From assembly GCA_044225505.1 (NCBI GenBank), contig JBGAIN010000065.1, forward strand, positions 1 through 42,474: DNA of 42,474 nucleotides, written 5' to 3'. Source of the stretch: Limisphaerales bacterium. GTDB lineage: Bacteria; Verrucomicrobiota; Verrucomicrobiia; Limisphaerales; SIBE01. The number at the start of each line of letters is the position of its first letter. Positions within the stretch are counted from its first letter, which is position 1. The position numbers and the translations under genes were made by a program. Of the stretch, positions 1 through 8,026 are shown piece after piece. A model generated the notes under the pieces. It was not told the DNA's origin. It did not search any database and saw nothing but the letters and a program-made list of their open reading frames with translations.

Positions 1-152
1 CTGGATACCCACCTTCCGGTGGAGGGGTTGTAATAACGGTGGCCTGTTATTGCATCTGGAAAATCCCGGTACAAGGGTTTTTTGCTCGCACGGCGGCGGC
101 GGCGCGGTCCTCCCATCGGCGGACGACGCTGCTTTGACGACAGCAACCTCAC
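1..152 (-). CDS. Orphan Rhs tip cassette, 5' part only (runs off the left edge)
   Basis: Manual translation from GTG at 152: [50 protein letters not shown]. Contains the Rhs-associated core motif. Confidence 0.8.
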   Translation of the reverse strand, partial: MRLLSSKQRRPPMGGPRRRRRASKKPLYRDFPDAITGHRYYNPSTGRWVS

Positions 153-200
153 GGCCAGAAGCTTACACCCACCAGCGGCAGCTAAAAGGACAATCAACCT
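45..200 (-). repeat. Conserved Rhs-orphan leader, copy 1
   Basis: Clearly similar to 3712-3870, 5852-5958 and 7037-7180. Joined directly to the GGCCACCGTTATTAC Rhs block. Confidence 0.9.
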
Positions 201-234
201 TCTGGCCCTGTGTAGATGCCTGGCCTTCGCAAAG

Positions 235-534
235 TTAAGGCGGCGGCTGGCGGTGCAGCCAGTAGCGCGGTCGGCGATGCAGGTGCATCACGGCTTTGAT
301 ATACAGCGCGTCGGCACGCACGCTGTAAACAATGGCGTAGGGAAAACGATCGAAATTGAGCTTGCGATTCTCGCCGCGGATCTTTCGCCAGCGTTCCGGC
401 TCAGCCACGATCCGGCGCAACGTGCGTTCGAACTGATCCAGGAAGTCGTCACCAAGACCGGATTGCCGTTGCTCATACCAGAGTGCCGCGGCTTCCAACT
501 CCTCGTCTGCCTCAGGATGGCTGACGACGCGCAT
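235..534 (-). CDS. Type II toxin, RelE/ParE family
   Basis: 99 aa from ATG 534: HPEADEELEAAALWYE..GLGDDF..FPYAIVY..AVMHLHRRPRYW. Overlaps the upstream antitoxin. Confidence 0.9.
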   Translation of the reverse strand: MRVVSHPEADEELEAAALWYEQRQSGLGDDFLDQFERTLRRIVAEPERWRKIRGENRKLNFDRFPYAIVYSVRADALYIKAVMHLHRRPRYWLHRQPPP

Positions 535-757
535 GGAGCTTATTCCGGATGTCTTGGACAACTTGCTCCACGGGACGGCAGATGACTTGGCCCTCCTCGA
601 CTTCCCCGGAACGCCGGTCAATAACCTCTTGCCACTGCGTTTCGGCGTCAGAGTCCGCGGTGTCGTCCAGGCTGGCGATGAGTTTGCGGGCCAGGAACGC
701 TCGGTCCTGCTCGGGCAGGGCCAGCACCTCGGCCACTTTCTCGGCAGCAATGCTCAT
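512..757 (-). CDS. Putative addiction-module antitoxin (TIGR02574-like)
   Basis: 81 aa from ATG 757: LALPEQDRAFLARKLIASLD..W..VIDRR pattern. Directly upstream of the RelE/ParE gene. Confidence 0.85.
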   Translation of the reverse strand: MSIAAEKVAEVLALPEQDRAFLARKLIASLDDTADSDAETQWQEVIDRRSGEVEEGQVICRPVEQVVQDIRNKLHARRQPS

Positions 758-912
758 GCAGCAAAATATCGGCGTCTGTGAGTGGTCTGGCAAGTCTTCA
801 TTCCCACTCGAGTCGGACCTCCTGCTGGAGCGGGCGTGTGAGGGCGAGGGACTAGAACGAAGGCAGAAGCGAAAAGGACCTGAAGACGGCGGCAGAACGA
901 CAAGCGAGGATA

Positions 913-1143
913 GGGATCAGTCCCGCAGATACGCATGTCCGGTGTTCGGCAGAAGTTTCTCACGATTATTTGTGCCACTCTCGGACACATCCGGCGGCGT
1001 AGCCAGCCGCGCCCATCATCAAGGACGCGCCGTGGTAAATGGCTCCAGGATATTGCAGTCTCAGCTTTCTCGCCATGCCAAGAACTTGCCCCTGCCTTAC
1101 CTCAAGCGTCAAGACCTATATTGCATTATGCGGGACTGACCCC
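913..1143 (-). mobile_element. Miniature non-autonomous element derived from a RAYT/Y1-type transposase, copy A
   Basis: 15-bp terminal inverted repeats (GGGATCAGTCCCGCA / TGCGGGACTGACCCC). Internal 36-aa ORF at 1076-966, MARKLRLQYPGAIYH-GASLMMGAAGYAAGCVREWHK, whose start resembles RAYT N-termini. Confidence 0.75.
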
Positions 1144-1147
1144 TTCG

Positions 1148-2220
1148 TCACTTCGCGTCATAGCTAAAGCTGCGGCTCTGCCCATTGGGATAGCTCGTTG
1201 CGCTCAACCGTTCCGTCGCATTGACGTAACTGTTGGTGAAGCTGCCCAGGACATTGGTCACCGTCGTGACACGGCCCAAGGCATCATAGCTGACATTCAC
1301 GGCCACGCCGTTGATGGCGCGACTCTGCACCCGGCCCAAGACGTCGTAGCTGTAGCTGATCACGTCATTGGCCAACGGCCCGTCGACCGCCGCCAGACGC
1401 CCCGCTCCCAACCCGCCTGCTGGATGATAAGTGTAGCTGGTAACGCCGATCCCATCGGCCATGCTCGCCAGCCGATTGTAGCCGCTCTCGTAAGTGAATG
1501 CCACGGCCGGGGTCGTGATCAAAGCGTTGGTGTAGGTCACCTGGCGCAGGTTATCGTCCAGCCAATACTGATACTGGGTCGTCTGCCCTTTGGCGTCGGT
1601 CACCGCTTTCAGCCGGCTCGTCGTCGCTTCATAGACATACTTCACTTCCGTTTGATCCGGATAAACCTTGGCCGTTAAGCGCCCCTGCAAATCCCGGTTC
1701 CAGCTTGTCGTCCGGCCTAAAGGATCGGTCAGCGCGTTCAACGCTCCGCAACTGCACCAGTCAAAGGCCGTCACCCGTCCGGCTGCATCTTCCAGGGCGA
1801 TCATCTGTCTTAGCGGATTGTAAATGCGGGTTGACCACCGACCGCGCCGATCCCGGCTCAAGACCGGGTCGAGCTTGTTGTAAACGGTCTGCGTGTAGGT
1901 CCCGTCCGGGTATGCTGACACCGGCCAACCGATCCAGGGCATCATATTCAAAGGCCAGCGTATACCCTTCCGAGTCGGTCATCGTTTGCACGCGGCCATA
2001 GGTGTCATAGGTCAGGCTCGTGGTCGCGTTGGTCACCGCACCCACGATATTGGTCAAGTAACCATTGGGGTCATAGACAAAGGTCATCGTTTGCTCAGCG
2101 CGTTGGTCACGGCCGTGAGTTGCCCGGGTAACCATTGTATCCAAAATAGTTGGTCTGCCCAGAGCCCCGTCCACCCGGCTCAAGGGCAGATGCTGCCCAT
2201 TGTAAGTGAACCGGGCGGAG
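1148..2220 (-). pseudogene. Internal Rhs/YD-repeat fragment, frameshifted
   Basis: YD repeats (YDALGRVT, YDVLGRV, YDTYGRV) spread over at least two frames. No N-terminus and no RYYxP core or tip. Confidence 0.85.
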
Positions 2221-2222
2221 TA

Positions 2223-2452
2223 GGGGTCAGTCCCGCAGATACGCATGTCCGGTGTTCTGCAAAAGTTTCTCACGATTATTGGAGCCACTCTCGGATAGAT
2301 CCGGCGGCGGTAGCCAGCCGCGCCCATCATCAAGGACGCCGCGGTAAATCGCCCCTGGATATTGCAGCCCTCAGCTTTCTCGCCATGCCAAGAACTTGCC
2401 CTGCCTTACCTCAAGCGTCAAGACCTATATTGCATTATGCGGGCCTGACCCC
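2223..2452 (-). mobile_element. Miniature RAYT-derived element, copy B
   Basis: Direct repeat of 913-1143 with the same TIRs and flanks (TA left, TTCG right). Internal mini-ORF is frameshifted after MARKLR. Confidence 0.75.
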
Positions 2453-3041
2453 TTCGCCATCACGAGGTCTTCGTAGAAACACGTAGTCGATCGCGATAAA
2501 GATACTGATCACGATCGACAAGAGATCCGCAACAAGCCACAGCACATTTCGAGTGTATAACTCTTTCAAATAAACCTCGCCAGAATGAATCGAAAGAGCT
2601 GAAGCAGTGTTTCCAAAAGGAGATGGTTCTCGGGGACTGAGCTTAACCTCCACACGCCCCGAGCCTCCCATTAACTCAAGGTCCCCCAATCAGGAAATAG
2701 AGATCATTTCCTGATTTAATAGCTGGCTTTAACGTCAGACTATTTTGTGAGAAGCATAGGTTTCGGTTTGTCAAAATGCTCAAACTAGCAGCCCAGTTCG
2801 CTTTAGGACCAATCTGCCAATTCATGAAGTTTTCCCTAATCTCTTGCGATACCGTTCCAGCATCGCACCGAAGATAGAGGAAATAATGGCCCGGACCAGC
2901 GGGATTCCAAACCAGGGCGTTCTCGCCAGTCGGGTTCACGATTGCCTCGACGCTCAGACACGGGTCCTGCCTAAAAATCTGGTGAGCCACCAAGCAACTC
3001 AGCAGAAACACGACCCCCATTACTCGGATGATGTAGGCCAT
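2435..3041 (-). pseudogene. Putative membrane-anchored immunity protein, split by a frameshift near 2685
   Basis: ORFs 2676-3041 and 2435-2689 overlap at a C5 run. Hydrophobic segments at both ends. Starts just after the toxin stop at 3049. Confidence 0.6.
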
Positions 3042-3048
3042 GATTGCG

Positions 3049-3822
3049 CTAGAACGACAATCCGGAACCAGGTACCGAGGTCACGCATTTGTACCGATTG
3101 CACCCATTGTCGTTTAATGCTTTCAACGCGTCCGCCACATTCCCAGGCATCGTTGCCGTCATGCCAGTCGTGTTCAACAGGTCGGTCAGTATGGACACAG
3201 ACAAAAGAGTGCACTTACAAGGCGTTTTCTTCTGCTTATCGGGATCAAGTCCGGCGGCAATCGCCTGCTCAGTGTAGTTCCCGCAATTCGCGTTCAGGCC
3301 GTTGTAATTCGGCGGAGTTGCTAAAAGCGGCTTAAACCAAGCTGCAACTTTGCCTTCATCAATGCAATCGGAGCAAATCGTGCTGCTGGGCGTACCAAGA
3401 TTCGCGATGTCAACTTCCGGAGAAGCGTGCCAATCGACCTGACTAGTCCCCATATCATTTCCTGACGGGTAAGCACTGACGTAGGTATTGTTATCGCACT
3501 TCAACGCGCTGTGTCCGTAGAGCGTTATATAAGGACGCACGGGAATTCTGCTCCCTGGCAACCAAGTCAAGAGGCAGCACTTTTCACCAAGCTTGTCGAA
3601 CTTATTAGCTGGGTCATTGTTGACAAAACCGTAAAGGTTCCTACCCCCAGTTTCCCCAATCGGGTCTCTGGAAAGCCATCGTCCGGTGGAGGGGTTGTAA
3701 TAACGGTGGCCAGATACTACACCGCAAAAACCCGGGTACAAGGGTTTTTTGCTCGCACAGCGACGGCGGCGGCGCGGGCCTCCGATGGGCGGACAACGCT
3801 GCTTTGACAACAGCAGACTCAC
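3049..3822 (-). CDS. Orphan Rhs tip with a putative permuted papain-like (His..Cys) toxin domain
   Basis: Leader from GTG 3822, then [22 protein letters not shown]. Tip contains GHSAL and NYNGLNANC. Confidence 0.75.
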   Translation of the reverse strand: MSLLLSKQRCPPIGGPRRRRRCASKKPLYPGFCGVVSGHRYYNPSTGRWLSRDPIGETGGRNLYGFVNNDPANKFDKLGEKCCLLTWLPGSRIPVRPYITLYGHSALKCDNNTYVSAYPSGNDMGTSQVDWHASPEVDIANLGTPSSTICSDCIDEGKVAAWFKPLLATPPNYNGLNANCGNYTEQAIAAGLDPDKQKKTPCKCTLLSVSILTDLLNTTGMTATMPGNVADALKALNDNGCNRYKCVTSVPGSGLSF

Positions 3823-3870
3823 GGGCAAGAGCCTACGTCCCCCAGCGGCAGCTAAAAGAAGAATCAGCCC
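3712..3870 (-). repeat. Conserved Rhs-orphan leader, copy 2
   Basis: Aligns with copy 1 over about 155 bp, with one 3-nt insertion. Confidence 0.9.
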
Positions 3871-3996
3871 TCTTGACGCTCCCGGGCATGGCACTGCCCG
3901 TGGCTGCGCGGCGTCGCGGATCTCGAGGGCGGTCATAGGCCGGTGAGTTTATTCCGCAAGCCCACGAGCGAATCGACGACCCGGTCACTCACAACC

Positions 3997-4311
3997 TCAG
4001 TAGAGTGGGAACACCGTTACCTTTCGATCGTCGGTCACCCAAACCCGAAACGCGTTGCCCGGTGTTGCCTGTTCGAACGTGAACCGAAACGCCCATTCGT
4101 TCTCTTCTCTGTCGGCCACGACTTCGTATTTAGCCTCTCCCGGTAAGCCACGTTCCCTCAAGGCGTCCAGTGCAATCTTCTCAGCCGCTTCCTTGTCTAA
4201 GCCAGCGTGCCGACGAACCGCCCCTCCCGTTGCGCAGCCGAGCCCCATGATGCAGACGGAAAGAGCCATACAGAGAAGAACACGCATAAATGCTTTATGG
4301 CTATCGGGCAC
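3997..4311 (-). CDS. Putative lipoprotein immunity protein
   Basis: Hydrophobic signal ending GLGC and a PepSY-like DKEAAEKIALDAL segment. Overlaps the toxin stop. Confidence 0.7.
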   Translation of the reverse strand: MPDSHKAFMRVLLCMALSVCIMGLGCATGGAVRRHAGLDKEAAEKIALDALRERGLPGEAKYEVVADREENEWAFRFTFEQATPGNAFRVWVTDDRKVTVFPLY

Positions 4312-4846
4312 CTTTCTGTCGACACCCCTCTTGCTTCATGACCTTTTGTTCGTAGACAAGAAACTCCTCCATCTTCTTATGACAGGTAGGGCTGCTCGCA
4401 CCGCCGTTTGCAAGGAGTTGTTTAACGGCGTCGTAATCCTGCTGGTACTTAGCGCATTCGCTCGCCTTCCGGTCGACATCTGGTCGGAAATCCGGTGGGT
4501 AGACGACGGTTCTACAAGCGTCACATGGCACGACTTCCGCAATATGCTCACTCTCTTGCTTGCGGATAATCTCGTCGAACTCCGGGCATAGCGTCTCGGG
4601 AAGCCATGCTCCAAATCCGAGCACGCAAGGGCAGATTTGACCCTTGTAGCAATAGACACCTCCTCCCCTCTCCCGCGACAGTGGATCGGACTCATTTACC
4701 TTCCAACAGATGCTGGTGCAGGACTCCGCGAGACCCAGCGGATCGTGAGCATTTACAGGAGAATTACGGACGAAGGCGTACAAATTGAGTCCCGCCTCCT
4801 CTCCTGCTGGGTCCCTGGAAAGCCACCCTGCTGCGCTAGAGATCAT
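4301..4846 (-). CDS. Orphan Rhs tip without the leader; Cys-rich, degenerate zincin-like motif
   Basis: WLSRDPAGEEAGLNLYAFVRNSPVNAHDPLGL, then QESEH and a downstream ECAKY. ATGA overlap with the upstream gene. Confidence 0.75.
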   Translation of the reverse strand: MISSAAGWLSRDPAGEEAGLNLYAFVRNSPVNAHDPLGLAESCTSICWKVNESDPLSRERGGGVYCYKGQICPCVLGFGAWLPETLCPEFDEIIRKQESEHIAEVVPCDACRTVVYPPDFRPDVDRKASECAKYQQDYDAVKQLLANGGASSPTCHKKMEEFLVYEQKVMKQEGCRQKGAR

Positions 4847-5202
4847 TTTGCTTGGCCAAGCTCATTTGTCCGCAGGAAAACTTTCTTTTCGATAATCAGG
4901 CGATTCGTTTTGAGGATATTCAAAGCCCGATTGGCCTGGTTTTTGTCGACCCAAATGTCGTAAACCTTGGAACCGTCAAACGATGCTTCAATGCCGTGCT
5001 TTGCCAGAACTTCATGGATTTCCGTCTGCTCTGGAAGCAAATCCCAGCGGACCCAGCCGATTGCAACCAGCTGCTGTTCGGCTGGTTTTATCGCTGCCGA
5101 AGGGGCCGGTTGCGAACTGCAGCCAGACCAAAGCACTACCAGAAGTGCCGTGACCGCACACCATAACACGCGATCCAGTAAGCCTTTGGGCAAAGTTTTC
5201 AT
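4843..5202 (-). CDS. Putative lipoprotein immunity protein
   Basis: 119 aa from ATG 5202. Signal ends LWSGC. Starts just after the toxin stop at 5210. Confidence 0.7.
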   Translation of the reverse strand: MKTLPKGLLDRVLWCAVTALLVVLWSGCSSQPAPSAAIKPAEQQLVAIGWVRWDLLPEQTEIHEVLAKHGIEASFDGSKVYDIWVDKNQANRALNILKTNRLIIEKKVFLRTNELGQAK

Positions 5203-5209
5203 GAGGCCC

Positions 5210-5923
5210 TCACAAATTTGGAGTCGGGTCTGGAGTTTGAAGGCTCCCAACGGGGGTAGCCGCTGGATCAATGACTTGGAGCACCGTGGCGCTGACTGAG
5301 TCCTTTTCGCAGTTGCAGTCTTTCGGGTTCACTACAGTAATGCGAATATGAAGAACCCGCTTGCCGAGCTGTGGATTGGCCGCTGGCCAATCGTAGTCCT
5401 GAACGATTCTTCCGACCGCAGGACTACACGTCCTGGCACGATTCTTCCAGTTGTCGTGAACTAACGACGGATCGAGTGCGTAAACGTCATACCACTGATC
5501 CGGCTTGGCACCCAGATCTTGGTAACGCTTAGGGGGCCTATTCGTTTTCTCTTCCCATTTAAGCGTCGCAAATCGGTCCTGATCGCTGGGATGATATTCC
5601 AAGTAAATATCGACGCCGAAGAAATGCCCAGGAAAACGGCTTATGGGGTGGGGCTTTGCCTCAATGTCCGTAATGTTGATTCCGACAGCACACTCGCAGC
5701 ACTTACAGTCTTTGTTCTCCTGCTCTCCTAGAGGATCAAATCTATTGACTGGGTCATTACTGACGTAGCCGTAGAGATTACGCCCTCCAATTTCCCCGAT
5801 GGGGTCTCTGGAAAGCCACCGACCAGTAGAGGGGTTGTAATAACGGTGGCCTGATACTACACCGCAAAAACCCGGGTACAAGGGTTTTTTGCTCGCACGG
5901 CGGCGGCGGCGCGGTCCTCCCAT
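5210..5923 (-). CDS. Orphan Rhs tip, toxin domain of unknown type
   Basis: [46 protein letters not shown] followed by a Cys-containing tip. Start codon uncertain. Confidence 0.8.
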   Translation of the reverse strand: MGGPRRRRRASKKPLYPGFCGVVSGHRYYNPSTGRWLSRDPIGEIGGRNLYGYVSNDPVNRFDPLGEQENKDCKCCECAVGINITDIEAKPHPISRFPGHFFGVDIYLEYHPSDQDRFATLKWEEKTNRPPKRYQDLGAKPDQWYDVYALDPSLVHDNWKNRARTCSPAVGRIVQDYDWPAANPQLGKRVLHIRITVVNPKDCNCEKDSVSATVLQVIDPAATPVGSLQTPDPTPNL

Positions 5924-5958
5924 CGGCGGACGACGCTGCTTTGACGACAGGAGACTCT
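5852..5958 (-). repeat. Conserved Rhs-orphan leader, copy 3 (5'-truncated)
   Basis: Nearly identical to copies 1 and 2 but lacks the TARGCT/GTG part. Lies next to the immunity stop at 5965. Confidence 0.9.
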
Positions 5959-5964
5959 TGCGGC

Positions 5965-6252
5965 TCAAGGCCGAGAATTGCTCGTTACGACAGTAAGGAT
6001 CGCCAGTAGTGTCCAGCCGACGACGTAAATCCACATTAAGGCCTTTAAAGAGGATTTCCGTTGCACTGCAAATTGCAGGCCTGCAATTGCTAGAACTGGA
6101 ACTAGAGGAAGCGCGGCGAACATGAACCAGTAAAACAGGTACCGATAGCTCCAAGGATAAGCGACGCCAGCGTAAAATTGCCGACTGACGGCTACAGTGC
6201 CCAACGCAAGGAGGCCGTTCAGAACAATCATAATGATCGAGAAGCTGCGCAT
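5965..6252 (-). CDS. Putative integral-membrane immunity protein (about 3 TM)
   Basis: 95 aa with three hydrophobic stretches. Starts just after the toxin stop at 6258. Confidence 0.7.
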   Translation of the reverse strand: MRSFSIIMIVLNGLLALGTVAVSRQFYAGVAYPWSYRYLFYWFMFAALPLVPVLAIAGLQFAVQRKSSLKALMWIYVVGWTLLAILTVVTSNSRP

Positions 6253-6257
6253 AGGAA

Positions 6258-7142
6258 TTAGCGAGTAATCGACGCATTAGGCCAGGTTGACATGAGATCT
6301 CCAGAGAACTTCTCAATGGAGGGCGAACACGTCTTGTTGAGGTCTTGCTTAGTGCTGACAAATCCCGGGCCTGAGTCGCCCCCAATGTATCCATATTGAG
6401 CAAACGTGACCGCAGCTTGCCAATCATCGAGCCACTTCGTCGGATTGGACAATTTCCACCAATCCACGATCCCCTTAATGTCGGTATAGCCCAGACCACA
6501 AAGGCTGCAAATTACACCAAAGGAGTAGTAGTTCGCGTCCCATGCATTGTAGCACCTCCCTCCAATGGTAACGGTGTTTGGGCATGCGCCGGAGTTTTTG
6601 CCCTTCATATTGTCGTTCCATCCCCATGTCATTGCCCACAAATCCCAACCCTTAGAACCCCGTTCGAGGGCGCTCGGATTTGTTATCAGATCGCCTATGC
6701 CTTGTGCCGCCAGGATGTATGGCTCACACGCGCTTATCTGGTCTTTTCGGCTGAGATTGTGGAACCGATCGGTCATGTTTTGACGAGCCCTTACCAACGC
6801 GTCGCCGACATCGACTCCGCATCCGCAAGCGAGTCCAAGGAAATCAAAGGAGTTGAGTGCATCATTCCCGAGCATCGCGTACAGATTTGCTTGCTCATTC
6901 GCTCCAAATGAACCACTTCGAAGAACACCCCCGGCCACCTTCCTAAGGCGTTTTCCTGCGGATAACTCGAAGCCCGGCTCACCCATTGGGTCTCTGGAAA
7001 GCCATCGTCCGGTGGAGGGGGTGTAATAACGGTGGCCTGTTATTGCATCTGGAAAAACCCGGTACAGTGATTTTCGTTTCGCGCGACGGCGGCGAGAACG
7101 TTCGATCGGCGGACAACGCGGCGATGCCATCGAGAGCTTCAC
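6258..7142 (-). CDS. Orphan Rhs tip, possibly a divergent Ntox44-like domain
   Basis: Leader from GTG 7142, [22 protein letters not shown]. Tip has WD..Y..NY..FG..GY spacing reminiscent of the 8016 tip. Confidence 0.7.
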   Translation of the reverse strand: MKLSMASPRCPPIERSRRRRAKRKSLYRVFPDAITGHRYYTPSTGRWLSRDPMGEPGFELSAGKRLRKVAGGVLRSGSFGANEQANLYAMLGNDALNSFDFLGLACGCGVDVGDALVRARQNMTDRFHNLSRKDQISACEPYILAAQGIGDLITNPSALERGSKGWDLWAMTWGWNDNMKGKNSGACPNTVTIGGRCYNAWDANYYSFGVICSLCGLGYTDIKGIVDWWKLSNPTKWLDDWQAAVTFAQYGYIGGDSGPGFVSTKQDLNKTCSPSIEKFSGDLMSTWPNASITR

Positions 7143-7180
7143 GGCTCTGTAGCCTACGCCAAAGACCCGCAGCTCGAAGG
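7037..7180 (-). repeat. Conserved Rhs-orphan leader, copy 4 (divergent)
   Basis: Keeps TAGGCT..GTG, the CPP/RRRR codons and the FPDAITG junction shared with copy 1. Confidence 0.8.
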
Positions 7181-7301
7181 AAAATCGCCGATCATTGCGT
7201 TGACCGTCTCTGCGATACGGCGCCTTTTGAGCCCTCAAAATCAAGCGCAAGGCCGAATCTTAACGTTAACGACATCACAAGCAACTGACCGGCAGTGACC
7301 T

Positions 7302-7358
7302 GTCGTGGCGACAGTAGAGCTTAAGCGTCGACAGACTTGGATCCACTGACGCCACGAC
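7302..7358. repeat. Imperfect 17-bp inverted repeat (hairpin)
   Basis: GTCGTGGCGACAGTAGA versus the reverse complement of TCCACTGACGCCACGAC, 15/17 matches. Confidence 0.6.
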
Positions 7359-7426
7359 CGTGGCCATTTTGACCAAATCTCGGCCTCTTCACGTCAGGGT
7401 ATGAAATATTCAGGCTAGAGAGCCAC

Positions 7427-8026
7427 TCAGCGACGCTCGGATTTCCCATACACCCGTGGACTGATTTTGATTACGATATCTCCTCGAGGGTCCTGGCCCT
7501 TCTCGGCAAATCTCTCGAACATTTGCTGAGCTTGGGTCCCTGCCGTATTACGAAGGACGACCAGCACGACATTTGGTTCTACATACAGGGAAACAATCTC
7601 TCTGTCTTCGTTACGCTCGAATCCGACCAAACCCAAATCTCGAAAAGTTTTGCGAAGTGATTGAACCTTGTTCGTGAGGGAATCCGCTTCCGCGGAAGTC
7701 AGGGTCTCTTCCCATTTGATCGGTTCTTCAAGACTCGCATGGTAAGCGTGATCACCTGTGCGGACTATCAACCGACCACCCTGGGCTCCGTCAATCAGCA
7801 ATAGTTTGGTGAGAACATTATCCCGCAGTTTATCCGCAAACTCGATCCACTGGGCGAGGTGAACTTCTTTACCTAGTTTTTCAACTTTTGACCGCACCTG
7901 CGAAACCTCTTTATGCCAAGCTGGCTTAGCGCCTTCCGAATCACAAGCCACTGGCAGCAATAGAGACACCAGTATAAAAACATTGGCGAGGCTCCGAACC
8001 GCGAAACTAACAGCACTAAAACGCAT
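7427..8026 (-). CDS. Putative exported (lipoprotein-like) immunity protein
   Basis: 199 aa from ATG 8026. Hydrophobic signal ending LPVAC. Overlaps the toxin stop. Confidence 0.7.
   Translation of the reverse strand: MRFSAVSFAVRSLANVFILVSLLLPVACDSEGAKPAWHKEVSQVRSKVEKLGKEVHLAQWIEFADKLRDNVLTKLLLIDGAQGGRLIVRTGDHAYHASLEEPIKWEETLTSAEADSLTNKVQSLRKTFRDLGLVGFERNEDREIVSLYVEPNVVLVVLRNTAGTQAQQMFERFAEKGQDPRGDIVIKISPRVYGKSERR

Noticed and set aside
5850..5923. RRRRR leader as a Tat signal
   Set aside because: No SRRxFLK-like context and no clear hydrophobic h-region follows.
5924..6499. N-terminal ~190 aa of the 429-aa ORF
   Set aside because: It overlaps the upstream toxin and immunity genes in other frames. 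Likely chance read-through.
1..7180. Leader repeats as a CRISPR array or integron attC sites
   Set aside because: Repeats are over 100 bp and kilobases apart, lack RYYYAAC/GTTRRRY ends, and no cas or integrase gene is in the window.
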